Positions 13,909-27,026 of a stretch of DNA of 64,000 nucleotides are shown here, in pieces. The position numbers and the translations under genes were made by a program. A model generated the notes under the pieces. The model was not told the DNA's origin. It searched no databases and saw only the letters and a list, made by a program, of their open reading frames with translations. This stretch comes from Ramazzottius varieornatus. Lineage: Eukaryota > Animalia > Tardigrada. The DNA is taken from assembly GCA_001949185.1 (NCBI GenBank), contig BDGG01000012.1, forward strand, positions 984,973-1,048,972, in the 5' to 3' direction. Every line of letters begins with the position of its first letter. Position 1 is the first letter of the stretch.

Positions 13909-16900
13909 TCAAATTACGGTACTCGTACCAACAGGCGGACAGTTCTTTGAACGTGTAGGTGAAAGGTAGCAAAACAAAGAAAAGAATCTTGTTGGGTCTG
14001 AGTTCGTATCCCAGCCAGGTACGGTCACTCGATTCATCTGGTTACCGCGGTATGTCGAGTAGCTGAAGCTGACTTGGCTCCTCAGAGCATCATCAGCAAG
14101 GACGTGAAGAGGCTCTAAATGCGAATGGAAGCGATCTACCATCGTCAACGGAACTCCCAAAAGGTACTCTGTAAGCAAGCAATCGGTTAAGATACTTCTC
14201 GCCGAGGATCCTTCGTTGTGGTTCAGGCGAGCTTACCTATAACATATCCAATAGTAACGTCATCAGGGAGCCGAATCTTCTCGCCAAGCCCCATGAATTT
14301 CCCATTGGATACCAACGGTTGCATTCGCCGGACCAAACTCCGACTCAGACAGAAGCCAGCGCCTCCGGTGGCAAACCAGAAGGCAGAATTCCCATTCTAA
14401 AACAATAAAAACTTTGTCAGAGACGTTGCTAATAAGCGACAGATGTTCACCGTCTGCTTGACCGGCTTGACCATTACAATTTCCACCCGCAGAGCGTAAA
14501 GGGCCACGTGCCATCACATATCCCACTCTTTCTATCGGTTTCAACAGTCAGGAATGGATGCTTTTGCTTTCTAAATTGGTTGACCTAAACAATAGCTTCC
14601 CTGATGAGTTCAATACCCATGCAGGTGCAGGAAGAAAGCCTGCCTACCGATACACAGATCCATTTTCGCATGCTTGAGTAAATCCCTAAGTCAGACTGGA
14701 CGGTATAATTACAATGGAACACATGGCACACGATCCCTTCGAGCCATATGAATATCCAAATATCGCTCAGAGATATGGATCCGCTCTTTTGTTCAACAGA
14801 AGATGCTCTGACAAAAGAGCGGTGTCCATTTGAAGCCTGGTACAGTCTTGACCTGACATTTTCCGCACTTCCTTATTTCAAATTTGGGACGCCGACAAAC
14901 AATTGCAGAGTGATAGTCATCAAGTGGCGCAGTTTCGTTTGCTATCGGCTGACAACGTGCGCCACTTGATACAACGATCATTCCTTTGTTGTTCGCCAGC
15001 CTCCCATTTCAATATCGGGCTTTTCCCTCGTTTAAGAATATCATCGTACCTTGTTGCTCTGTTTCCTCAGGTAGGGTATCTCCAGTGGTGCTTTGATGCT
15101 GGGTTTGCCCAGGTACCAGTCTTGCCGAGAGTCGTATTGACCCAGCAGATCAAGCAAGCTGTCAACGTTCACGTAATTGTCGTCATCAAAATGGCAGAAC
15201 CACCTGTTGCAACAGATTAGCCGTTTAGTATGGCTTCAGCGGCTGATTAGATCGTGATTACGGCTGGAACTGCCAACGATAACTCGAAACTACAAGAAGC
15301 TCACTTTTTGTCCATGACCATAAAGAAGTCCAGTTCCACCGACATTTTGCAGCATAGCGCTTTCCGGTTGTGCGAACTGGAGCAGTTCGACTCGACCAAG
15401 TGTCCGTCTGAGAAAGACAAACGTATAAAAAATCTACAATACACCATTCCAAAGAAACAGAGTATTCTTCTGTCTTACTTGTTTTGCCTTGATACTCGGC
15501 GTCTTCGTCGTCCGTGACAAAATAAGTCTGCCACAGATAAAAAGATCAAGTTGATTTACATTGAAGGAATATGGAGGCAATCAAGTTAGATACGAGTATC
15601 GTCCACCAAAATTTGCTCGGTTCTGCTGATATAAATTCTTTCTTAAATTGTTTTATGATTTGGCTATAAGCGCAAGAAGATAAGAAAGACGACGCCTCTG
15701 TTACGCCCCGCGATCAGAATTCACACGCCTCAAGACGTGACATGGGCGTTGATAACACTATTTGAGGTCCGTCTTGCCGCACATACGTAACGATTAGATG
15801 TGAACGAAGAATAAACATGGTTTCACCATCTGCAGTTCGCGATTACCATATTCTCATATGGCAGTCAGTTCATCATCGGCCACGTAATTGACGAAATTGT
15901 GGGAGGCTTGGGAAGGACCAGATAGAAGGCATTTTGCATGCTAATGAAACTCGGGATTAGAACGCCCTTATCGATTTGCCGACGAAATGCCGTTACGTGT
16001 TGACAGACGCTTTCGCAACTATCACCTCGCAAGTCGTACTCAAACATTTACCCGACAGGGATAAAGCTAACAAAACAACCATCTTTTGTGTGGGAAAGTC
16101 AACCTCGGCATGTTCTTTCTCTCGCCACACCATCAACTGCTGTCGATATGAAGCCTAATCGCCTGCGATACTTTTCTCAACCTCCATCTTGTTTTCGCTG
16201 TAAATTCTTCGTAAAATATAACGAACAAAAATTTCGGCTGGTGAATTTCATCCACGTTTTTCTGATTATCATCCCAGTATTCAAAATTTTTACGGAGTCA
16301 TGTTCTTAGTTAGGTTCTCGAGGACCTTTGAGGTATCTTTTTGGATGAATCAGACGACAAATCTTTGAAAAATTCTCGACTCGATGAACAGACTCTAATC
16401 TGTCTAATGAGGTTATTGATACCTGTCAGTAATGGTTCCTCGACCAAAGTCAGTCATAAATAACTTTGGGTATCGCGAAGACAGAGAAAATGTCCCGATC
16501 ATTAAGCGGCGGTCTAATTAACATTCTGGCTCTGCAGGGACTGTCGCGCTGATAAGAATAAAGGCGACATAGGCGCTGGGGAAAATTTATGGATCTGCAG
16601 GCAACCGTCTAGCTTGAATTCCTGCACTTGTTTCTTTTTCCCTGACTTGCCTCATACCGCTCCGCCAAGTCTTGTCTCCGCGGTATGCTGTTCAAGAGGC
16701 ACTCTACCACCTGCGCTCAGAAATGAGTCAAATTTCGCTGAGACAAGCGAAGCAACTTCCTTACAAGCTAGCGACAGCTGCCCTATGAAGCAACTGGTCC
16801 TCATCGGTCTTTTCTTGGAGAGTGACCCTCGTCCGTCCATGCCATATCGAATTAGCTCTTTCCTCCCTTCCTCCCTCCATCGCTCCAAGCATGCAATTTG

Positions 16901-17845
16901 GCTGCTTGCTGAGTTTGTTTGCACTGCGAGACGGTCTTTGTCGCTCTTCCAGCTTGCAAGCCTTCTTGTCTTCCCTTTGTCATTCCAGCGCAACGTCCAG
17001 CGTCTCAAAGAAGAGAAGTTCAAGTAAAAGATGGCCCATTTCTGACTAAAGGAAGCCAAGCCTTCAAAACTAACAACATAACAACCTGCCTAAAAATGAG
17101 GTTTAAACCAGAATGAAATTTTTAATTTTAAGTTTATGGGAGCTGAACAAACAAAACGTACAAGATCGTCATCCCAAGTGGCGCATGCTTTCATTGTTAC
17201 TATGTGGAAGAGTGCGCCACTCATGAGGACGATCTTAAACCTTAACTTAAAATTAACGAATTGGTTTAGCGTGACTTCGCGAGCCTACAAAATCTCAGAG
17301 GCTGAGTATTGCTATTGTAATTTGAAACTTAGTTGAAACAAGACTTGGTACAATGGTACCTATGTTAATTATAATGAACAAACCTGTTCCGCCGCTTGAG
17401 TGAACCAAGTCTGCAGAATGACGTCTAGACGCTGTCGATGAAATTTCTTTGACGTTTTGACGCTAATATGGACATCGTCGAGGCGTAAATGATGGCTTTT
17501 TGGTTTGTTTATAGAGCCGTTAGCGGTGTTTGCGTGGAGTTTGCCAACCGAATCGAGAGGTGATGGAGCATTCTTTCCTTTCCCCTCTTCTTCGGGCAGC
17601 TGGGAATACGTGTGTTGTTCAGCTTGTAAGTGATGATTATCCCGAACAGCACGTGTGTTCCGTGGATGAGTGGACTCTCCCTCCAGTAGAATAGCTTTGT
17701 CGTCGGGAGTGAGGACAAGCTGGACGTTGAGTCGTTGGTTGGTTAACTCGTGCAGTGAAAGCATCACATAACACATGAACGAAACGACAATAAAGGAGCG
17801 GATGGACTTGCGGTTGCACAATAGCCGGGACGTCCGGTTGGGCAT
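13909..17845 (-). CDS. fng: Fringe beta-1,3-N-acetylglucosaminyltransferase
   Basis: Type II membrane anchor, '[24 protein letters not shown]', '[15 protein letters not shown]', '[12 protein letters not shown]', '[14 protein letters not shown]', 'LPDDVTIGY', 'FHSHLE'. Six exons. Confidence 0.96.
14919..14970. repeat. Palindromic CAAGTGGCGCA element, copy in a fringe intron
   Basis: ATCAAGTGGCGCA-N26-TGCGCCACTTGAT. Confidence 0.8.
17162..17236. repeat. Palindromic CAAGTGGCGCA element, copy in fringe intron 1
   Basis: AAGATCGTC..CCCAAGTGGCGCA...TGCGCCACT..GACGATCTT. Confidence 0.8.
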
Positions 17846-19889
17846 GGCTGCTCTCCTGCTGATGGTGGTGGGGAAGACGGAAGCCGGCTGCACTTGTTGA
17901 TGATAATACCCTCCAACGCTATAAATACATGTCGACTTGTCGCGCATTATTCGTAGAGACGATTCCGACTGTAAGCGATATGCCGTTGTGTTCTTCGGCG
18001 TTACTACTTTGGCATGATTCCAACGAGGGGAAAAACAACTGCAAAACAACAGCTCGTTTAGCACATTTGTCATAAAGCCATGGGCGAGTCATGCGATTAT
18101 TGAAGGGTTAAGAATGCATACTGACACGCTCAAGAAGCACCAAGTTGTAAAGTCCGTAGGCTAGCGATTATCCAGACAACCTGTCACTCACGTCTTGTTA
18201 CTGGAGATATTTTTGCAGCTTCTAATAGGAACAAAGATCAGAAGAACAAGAAGAGCATCAAGTGATAAGGTCGAACAGAAATTACAGAGTGGCACAAACG
18301 AAGACACTGGACACCCCGAAAATTTTTGGCCTTTTTCTGTGCTTTGCTTGTGCCGTTTTAAGAATCCGATGAGCTGATTCGCTGGTCTGGTGCATGGGCG
18401 CTGGGAGGAGCTACATCTGACGTACATCATACGTGTATGATATGCTGTACGTAATGTGATGTAATCTTCAACAAAATTCGAAACGAACTTTTCACGATGC
18501 GAAGAGCACTTTTGTGCTTGTTGTCGTTCCGTTTCACTTCCGGTGTGGCGAGCTTCTAGCTGCAACTGTTTTTTACCTGCGTCCATTCCTCCTCTTCTTT
18601 CGTTGCATGAGGCATTCCTTGCTTTAGCGTGAGCAGATAGTTTGCATATTAAAGTTGCCTATCATGTCAGTATCGCGCAGCCACAAGAAGCGGGACCGTA
18701 GCGAGGAAAACTGGGACAACACAACAATGGAATCGCCACCTCGGAAAAGTTCTCGGAACTCTGGACTGTTGGACGTTGCGTCGGAGGACCTTCGCTCGAG
18801 AATGACATCAGACGCTGCGAAACCTTCTGCCACACCGGATTTTGCCAAAGTTGCAGTAATCGTCGAGAAGCGAAAAGAAGAGTAAGGAAGCTATAAGTTG
18901 CACCTTAGATTAATACGACGTACATAATCAGGATGCTCTCTTCTCACGATACTTCTGATTTTCAGTTTAACCGAATGGATATCCGGCCGTTTACAGGAAC
19001 ACAGTTGGAACGATTCGCCGAAGAAAGCTTTCCGAGGTTCATTTTTGCTGCTGAGCTTTTGCTTCAAGCTCTGTGTGCAGAGTTTTCTGGTGCAGGCTGT
19101 GTCTCATGAGTTTCTTTTTGCAGAAAAGTTATCCGGGTATCAGGCAGTACAGATAAATGGACATGAGAAGAACCTGACAGAGTTGCTGGTGAAGCATGTT
19201 GGAGTGGAAGCGAGAAGTGAGCAGTACATCTTCACGAGTTCTTGCGATTTTGCGGAGAAAAAAGCTATTCGCATGACTGTAAGTGAAGGAACTCGTACCT
19301 TTATGGCTATCTTTAGGTAAATTACCCGATGACATCAAGCAGGAACTTGTGGCAGCAGTGCAAGACTTCCTCCAGGAAAAGGATGAATTTCTTCAGTACT
19401 ATAGAAGAACTCGTCGGAAAGCGAAGAGTACATCCAGCAGATAACGGAAGCTAGATGGAGAGTTCGATACCTCGCGCTCAGCCTCGCAGAAGATCGAGAT
19501 ACACCTTTTTCCTTCTCGTCGACCGAAGAATGATTTCCATGGCTTAAAGAGGAATAGGTACAGATAGATTTATTTCTGGAGTTTAAACATCTGAGAGATC
19601 GTTGACTATGAAATGGACAATAGTTCATAGGTCATCAGGTTTTGCACAACTATATATCAACCACTAAATCAAACTTTTACTGTATTTTCCGCTCGTGCGA
19701 TCTCTCCATTCGGGAATGCTAACCAGCAAATAGTTTTGCTGAAACTCACGCCAGACAACCACCATAAAGTTTTCGGCTGTAAAGAAGACAGAACGCTGTA
19801 GTTCACTCAAAGAGAAATTACTTCGAAATACAGAACACGGGAACCCAATCATGTCATAACGATCGATACCGCTTCCGAATACTTCTTCC

Positions 19890-20639
19890 TTAGTTGTCTC
19901 CACCACCGGGCTTTTGTAATTCTAGATTAGTATTTCGGCTAGCATAAGTTTCGCTGGGCGTCTTTATGTCATCCGTCACTGCGGCAGACAAGCGTTCGTT
20001 CTGCAGGGACTTCAGCAGGTCTTGAGCTTGGTCCCGAAGAGTGTCCAGTCGTCCCTCAAACTGTGACATGGCGCTCTCGATAGCGTTCAGTTCCAATTCG
20101 AGCTTGTCAAAATAAACACCGTTCAAAATCTCTCCATCCAGCCCCGTGACTTGCATTCCTGCAATCCCCGTGAGGAAATGAATCAGGCGAACATTAAAGG
20201 GAAAATGGGACATGGGCATCTTATTTGATCCAGATCGTTTCCCAAGTGACGCACACTTTCAGCCAATAACAAGAAAAAGTGCGCCACTTGTGACAGCGGT
20301 CTGATTTAATGCAGTTGCCCACTTTCTGATTCTAATACCAGTATCTTTTCGTATGAACATATGCCCATTACCTGGTATTCCAGCTTGATCTCCTCCTTGG
20401 TCGTTGAGGCTGCTATTAGAAAGCATATCATATTCTTTTTCATCTATCCCTGTTGAAAAAGATTGAAGTAAACTATCGGGAAGATCGATATCGTCATCAA
20501 ATTCGTTTTCGCCATCATCGTCACCAGTACTTCGACGGCGATTTGAGTTGTCAGACTGTAACGACATGGTCTTGAACGAAGAATTAACGCCAGAATCGTC
20601 GCTGTGCTCCCGTCGTTCAATGTTCTTCTCGCGCTCCAT
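19890..20639 (-). CDS. Bublin / UPF0184 (C9orf16-like) coiled-coil protein
   Basis: Two exons (intron 20371-20159, in frame). Acidic N-terminus, then coiled coil 'YFDKLELELNAIESAMSQFEGRLDTLRDQAQDLLKS', resembling UPF0184. Start may be 20639 or 20567. Confidence 0.5.
20231..20303. repeat. Palindromic CAAGTGGCGCA element, copy in the bublin-like intron
   Basis: CAGATCGTTTCCCAAGTGACGCAC...GTGCGCCACTTGTGACAGCGGTCTG. Confidence 0.8.
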
Positions 20640-21438
20640 ACTTCCGGGTATGTGTTCTCGAGTCGAGATCAGTCGATTACAGAACGAAGGATTGGAATGA
20701 GCGTTCGAGAACGTAGTGAAGATGACTAATATGGTATATGGTAAACAAAATCAGCTGATGCACCACCTTTTTCTGACTCGCGGAATAACCCTCCAATCTT
20801 TCTTCAAGTTACAAGTCGAGACCCGATCGGATAAAGCGATCCGAAGCAATCAGTCCTAGCAACGTTTCCCAAGCCAAAGGCAAGCTCCCGGTCGACGCTG
20901 AATGGTGGAAGCTCGGAGAAACAACAGCGAGATGTTCGATTGTTTACATTTGGACGAACAAAGAAAGTGGCTAAATAAAGAAAGTGGAGAAGCAGAAATG
21001 GCCAAGTGGGAAAGTTGCAGATCGATTCTGCTGGCAGTTCCAAGTGGCGCACGTGACGCACGTGACGCTCGTATATGGGCGTAAAACTGGTATACTTCCG
21101 TGTGCGGTAGAGGGCGCTGTGGCCTGTAAAGCCAGGTAGATAATTATCATAAACCGCATCCGGCGTCTGGCATCGGTACAATATTTAAAATCTGTTTCGA
21201 ATCCTGTGGGGTTTGGAACATTAGGGAAGATGCCAAGAGTTACATATGCCCTACAGGTACAGTGTCAAGGTCCTGTGCCGTTTTCAATTGGGCTGCTGTA
21301 TCTACCGTATAGGTATAGTCCTGTGACCTAGCACCGTTCACAACTGCAGATTCTTTTGTTCGGATGTTGAGTAATATTTGAGAGTGACTGCATAAAACAC
21401 AGTATTGTACAGGAGTCAGATCCCGCAGGAGTTTAAAA

Positions 21439-23477
21439 TCAGTTCAAATCGTTTAGTATAGCCGTTGTGTCTTGTCTTCCCATTTGTTTGCAGTGCGCAA
21501 ACACAGCGAATGTCACCAGGATAACACTGAGAATCAGCACCAGCACTACCGTCACGGATGCAGCCGTCACTGTGCTTTGTAAGAAGCAATATTTAATTTC
21601 TTGTATTGCCGGTACTGCGGTTGTTGTCGTGAATAGCTTGTTGATATCGGCGACGGATCCCGCTAATCCGATCGACGAGCTGGGCGTGTGAAGTAGCGCC
21701 GGTTCCCAGCGGCTTTGGGTGTGGTTCATATTTGTGGTGGCATTAGAGGCAGCGACTCGTTGGCCATGAGTTATGTTTCTTTTGAATAATCCCTTATCTT
21801 CTTTTGTCTCTGCATTAGGTGAAGGCGTACCATGACGGGTAAATGACGCATGGCTGGAAACGGGAGGTAATGAAGGATGGAGACTTCGGTCTACTGCGGA
21901 AGGAACCATCAGGATCTCGGCTGGTCGGAAATCGGAAATACTCGTCGCTGGATCGGAATCGATTTGGAAATCGGGGACCTGGTCCGCTTGGGTCATGCAG
22001 CCCTTAAAGATCGGTAAGCACTGTTCATTTGACATTTGTGGAAAATTGGGTGGTGCTTACTGGTTTCAGTAGCGGTTTCGGCATGTCCAGACATGCTTCC
22101 ATGTTATGAGGAGTGCATAAATTTATGGAGCATCTAGCACTGAGTTTTACACTGCCGGGAAATAACGGAGTCTGCAACTTCGTGTAGAACAACCTGAAAA
22201 TGTTTTTCTTCGCAGCTTCGGAAGGAATGTTCCATGGAAAACCAGAAGACTGGCATCTGAAACGAGAAGCTTCGAGGTAGACTTCATCAGCTAACAGTCG
22301 GGATCTTCCGCTTGCGTAGGCCTTACCCATTTAGGATAACAGAATCCTCGTTCACAGTTGTTTTATCCGCACCGGATAGAATGTGCATGAATTCTCCGAC
22401 AGGTGCCGTGTTCGGGGCGTGCGGCGTCATGGGCTTCACCGATCTGCAAGTTCAGAAATTGGTGCCAGGCAGAGCAAACGTGAGAGAATTGCGTACCTGA
22501 TGGTGCAGTTTATGGGCCGCAGTATGGTGAAAGACCCTACAAAAGTGATATTTATAATATTATGGTTTCGGGTTCGCGCCTAACTAAACTTTTGATCGTA
22601 ACAGGAGAAGAACAACTTACCTCCTGGTTTCAAGGCCGCCACCAAGTAAACGTCCTCTCCTTCAGTGACAGATATTGCGGGAACCGCTTCACTGGATCTT
22701 CCGTTAGACTTGAAGAACCGAAGTGTGAGGCTTCCTTGGAGCTGCGAACTGAGAGAGTCCAGCGCAACATCCGGCGATTTTGACTGCGGAGCTCCAACCG
22801 GAAGATGCACGTCTTTCTTATCCGGTAAAGAGTCCTCTGTTTTTCTATGGGACCAGCAGGATGTTACAAGCTTGTCAAACGCTGTTTTGCTGGAGCTTTC
22901 ACTTACATTTCGGCTTTCCTTGTTTCGATCACAGGTGTGGCCAACATGGTGCAGGTTAAACGAATCTTCCCTCTTCGTCCAACTCCGATGCCGTCCTTAG
23001 CTGACAGTACTTTGATAAATATGTCGGCGATGTACACATGCTGAATTCCCTCTTCGTTCTCCAAGGTATTTGACCGGAAGACGCAAGTGCTGTTGGTGTC
23101 GTACGTTAAGAATGAGAAAGGTCTTGACCACTCTGACAGATGTTCGCTAACGGTGTGGTTCTCCGAACAGGTATCGATGGGTCTCTTATCGCGCGGATGC
23201 TCGGAGAAAAGATGCAGTCGAGAAGCTTGTGGGGACTGGAGCAATGACCGGATCCGGGATTCCGATATTTGGAACTTCATCAGTCCGGGACTGGTGCAGT
23301 CCACCCTGACCGCCTCTGTGGACAAACTTTTGAATTATATGATAGTAGTCTAAAGGTGGTAAGATAAGGTCACTTACGATCTTGTTTCTCCCCTGGTGTT
23401 GCCTGACCTTTCCGCGCTGGTAGGAGATGCAGCAGGATCAGAATCCACAAGTGGGCATTTCGGCATGTGCGGTCCAT
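21439..23477 (-). CDS. Zona pellucida (ZP) domain transmembrane protein, cuticlin-like
   Basis: Signal peptide exon (MDRTCRNAHLWILILLHLL), 'VRVDC' ZP-N start, 'VTEGEDVYL', 'RPINCT', 'ILNGC', 'ARCSINLC' ZP-C cysteine pattern, S/T-rich stalk and C-terminal TM helix. Confidence 0.6.
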
Positions 23478-24471
23478 CGTCTGACATTCATAAACAATAT
23501 AATCAAGTGTTTTCGACGGGGAAGCAGGTTCTGTCAGCCATAGTGGTAACTCACTGCGGAAGACATTGCCAGATCTTGTTGAGCTAGATTACTGATAATA
23601 AAGAAGACGAAAGCTACAGGTCTTAAGTCTGGTCTCTGGTGAGAGCTGTGAACCGCACCAGTGGTACCACCGGCCGGGCAATAACGCGGAGCGAATAAAG
23701 CGCTGCGTTATTTGGGCGTATTTGTTGACACTGCAAATTAATAATTAGTTTAGCGAAGTGACTCTAGAAAAAAAAACAATGCGGACCAGTGCACCACTTT
23801 AGAATCGTGGAACCAAAAGTCGTTCGCAAGGAAGCTCTCTACAGCTTCTTCTCATCCCGATCCCTCGCATAGAGCAAGTCGCCTGCGATCAAATGCTGAT
23901 TGTTAAAGTAAAGTACGATCAACTGTCGATACTTAAACTATACTAAATAGACTATTTAATTGATTTTACTAATTATTGTTGTCCTACGAGCCACAACATG
24001 CGTACGTACACGCTGGCCACTGACCAGTTCGTGGCGGGCCGACCCGAATAGGCTGTCCGTAGTCGGTTATCCATCAGGCTTGTCCGTCTGGAATTTGAAT
24101 CGGTCTTAGAAAATGATCCCTAGGATTTCGTGTTTCTATTTCTTGATGCCTAATCCTGATCTTGAAGGATCAAAAAAGATGGATTGCTGATCGAGGGACT
24201 GCGAAGCCCAAAAAGCTGTGAGTTCACGTAACTTCAGGAGTCTTGGACATCTCCGACTGCTTACATCCGGACATCTTCACTTCCGCCCAGGTTTGAGCTA
24301 CTCAAACCTACTAATTTCCCCCACCGTTTCTTGGAATAGCTTATCTTGTAAGGTGATTGACGCCATTTGCATACCTCCTAGTTGCAAAGCAAAAGCAGTG
24401 ACCACTGGACAACTGCGCGATTGCTCAGTTTGATTGTTTGGTTGCAGTTGATTGGCCGTCCTCGTTCCATC

Positions 24472-25430
24472 ATGGAGAAAACATTCCTCCTCACCATCAG
24501 CTGTTCCTTGAGTAAGCCTGTTTTCCCCGAAGCCAGCGAGACTTAGCCAAGTCCTTCGCATCAGTCCTGTTTTTAGGTATGTTTTACGGCATGAAGATGG
24601 TGGCAGCTCAAGGACAAGGTGGGCTTCCTCGTCCGCCGCCAGTGCCTTACTTCCTTGGCTTCTACAACAGTTCTTCCCTGGGGCCGAATAGTATGACTAT
24701 GAGTGCTGATGTGGTGGTGACGGACTACGTTCCTTTCAATCCTGACAGTAACATTTCCGCCAGTCGACAGTTTGAGATGGCCCGCATCTTGCTGCAGCGA
24801 GAGATAGCGTGTACTCGAGGCTGTACCGGACACGGAACTTGCGACAGCGTCACCAAGTTTTGCGTCTGTGAATACTTCTGGACTCAAGATCCCTTCAAAG
24901 AGTGGCACCGACCAGCTGCTATGCACACCAACTGCGGTAAAAAAACCCAACTTAGAGTACTTGATGATGAAGAGGAGTTAATGTGGTTTTTACTTTTACA
25001 GACTGGAACGTCTTCGTCGTCATTGCAGTCTTGATTGGTATCTTGTTTGGCCTCATCCTGCTCAGCATTCTCCTTCACGGGTTGTGCCGCCGTTACTGCT
25101 AGTGAGTTCTGCTTCTATCACTGAAATTGATCTACGATGTTTTACTATTTTAGCCTTTCTCGTCTGTTGTTTTCCATAAATTTACTTGGCCGTTTTTGGT
25201 GTAGCCCACAGGACAAAATCACCAGCCGTCGATACCGCCTGGTTCCCGAAGACGAAGAGTACGGTGGTCGGCGCGGTGGAATGCGCATCAAACGAACCTT
25301 GGTGGACTCGGATGAAGATGAGAACGAGGCTGTCTTCGAAGCCAAGAACCCTCAGTTCTACGGAACACAGGCTGCCACCCAAGCTCTCATCACCAAACCG
25401 ACCACCTTCGAAGCTGGTGCTCATCACTAA
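24472..25430 (+). CDS. Miniature KIAA0319/KIAA0319L-like membrane protein (signal peptide, Cys-rich juxtamembrane domain, TM, tail)
   Basis: Four exons: MEKTFLLTISCSLSMFYG..., 'CTRGCTGHGTCDSVTKFCVCEYFWTQD...TNCDWNVFVVI' + TM + 'RYRLV...LVDSDEDENEAVF'. Matches the C-terminal part of the KIAA0319 family; no PKD repeats. Confidence 0.7.
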
Positions 25431-25587
25431 AGTTCCACCTACGACTTACCAGGACCCGATTTCCTTTTCTCGGTGCTTTCATTTGCTAAGTACTTCCTGT
25501 TTACTCTGCCCACAGTAAAAACTTTATCATGTTCATTTTTATTCCTCGGAGACTTTATCCTGTTTCTTGCCGTACAGTATAATTTCA

Positions 25588-27026
25588 TCATAGCCTCGAC
25601 ATCAACTTCCTCAGAGTTTCTGGATTATTCTGACTAACGACTTTCAGTTCGTCTCGGCCTTTCTGCGTGCCCGCATTGACATGTTGTAGCCATCGTGTTT
25701 CAATATTATAGTCTATACAGTTCGTCAGTTCCTTATCAGAGTAGTCATTAACTAAAACAGGGATGAAAGGGTCCATGACGGCCCATCCTTCTTCCCGCAG
25801 AAGATACCGCGGGAACTGATTTCCTCCACCGTCGAACCGAAGTGGTAGGTCCACAATACCCTTCCTGTCAATCGTGGTCACCACCACGCCGTTCTTCCAG
25901 TCATTCTTCAAGGTTTTCCTGAAGTGTAGAAACAGGGACAGACGGTCAGCAGGTACCGTTGTCTTGTCGACTTGCGGGATGGTCGTCGGGGTAAACAAGG
26001 CGTTCGCCACATCCATCACTACTGCCACTCTGTGGTCTGACTCGCTAACGATCCGCTTCAGCTCTTCAACCAACACGCCAATGCAGTCGTTGGCATATCG
26101 AGCCCGTTTAATGCCCACGTCGATGATGTCTGACAGAGGACTTCCGGCGGGCGTCTCTTCTCGTTTGGACCAGACGTAGGTCTTGTGTGTGACTAGCTTG
26201 GTGTTTGGCTGCCTTAGGTGTTCGCCGTTCTGCAGGAGGAAGTGCTGCAACCATTCCACACTGTCTAACGGAAGGTCAATTCGTCCCGGCTTGAACTTGG
26301 ACTCTTGCACTTCCTTGTAACGCCGACTCCATATTGATATCTTTGGCACGTGAAGAAGGATGAAGCCTTCATCTTTGAAGAAATGTAGAAGGTGGGTTAG
26401 CGTGCACGTCCTTCCTGAGCCTTCTCGACCGTATATCACATACCTGCAACAAAACGCAGCTCTGAGGAGAACTCGAGGGAGAATACGAGAAAGACCGAAA
26501 AATGTTATAACAGCAGATACCTCACTACAGGATGAGCGAAGTTTGTGTTCTTGACATATTCCATAACTTCCAGCGCTGGCTTGCGGATCATGATGGCCGA
26601 TTCTTTAGCCAGCTCCCACTGAAATCGGAGATTTTGTAAAGTTCGATGGCGCATGTCGAATGCACCAGAGTTGGGTGACATGCCGTATATAACGTCGGAC
26701 TGCTCTGGAGGAACGCAGTAGTAGAAACCTTCATGATCGAGCGTGTGCTCCCGCGGCCGAGTTATGGTCGTTCGCTTTGCATTCACCACCGGAAGGTGAG
26801 CTGGAACTGAGGTATCCACCAGAGGAGTGACTGACAGCTGCGCTGGACGATGATCGAAAAAGACCGGATTCTGCGAGTTAGGCTGCGCTTGCTGGTAAGC
26901 GCAACCTGAAGAGAAGATCCATCGCCGCGAGGATGTCGAGACGTGAATCTTGGTCAAGCCGGTCAGCGTGTTTCTGAGACGCAGCCAGGACACCGAGGAG
27001 CGCATCGTGAGGCTTACTACTTGCAC
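25588..27026 (-). CDS. DAP3: Mitochondrial ribosomal protein mS29 / death-associated protein 3
   Basis: Two exons; Arg/Ser-rich presequence, 'IMIRKPALEV', 'RYVIYGREGSGRT', 'GRIDLPLDSVEWL', 'YVWSKRE', 'LKNDWKNG', 'YLLREEG...MDPFIPV'. Confidence 0.93.

Noticed and set aside
16614-17116. Overlapping ORFs within fringe intron 1
   Set aside because: No domain similarity or convincing exon structure; purine/pyrimidine-biased intronic sequence.
18188-19700. ORFs upstream of fringe (18188-18586, 18655-18885, 19045-19320)
   Set aside because: No recognisable homology or consistent splice pattern; probably fringe 5'UTR and regulatory DNA.
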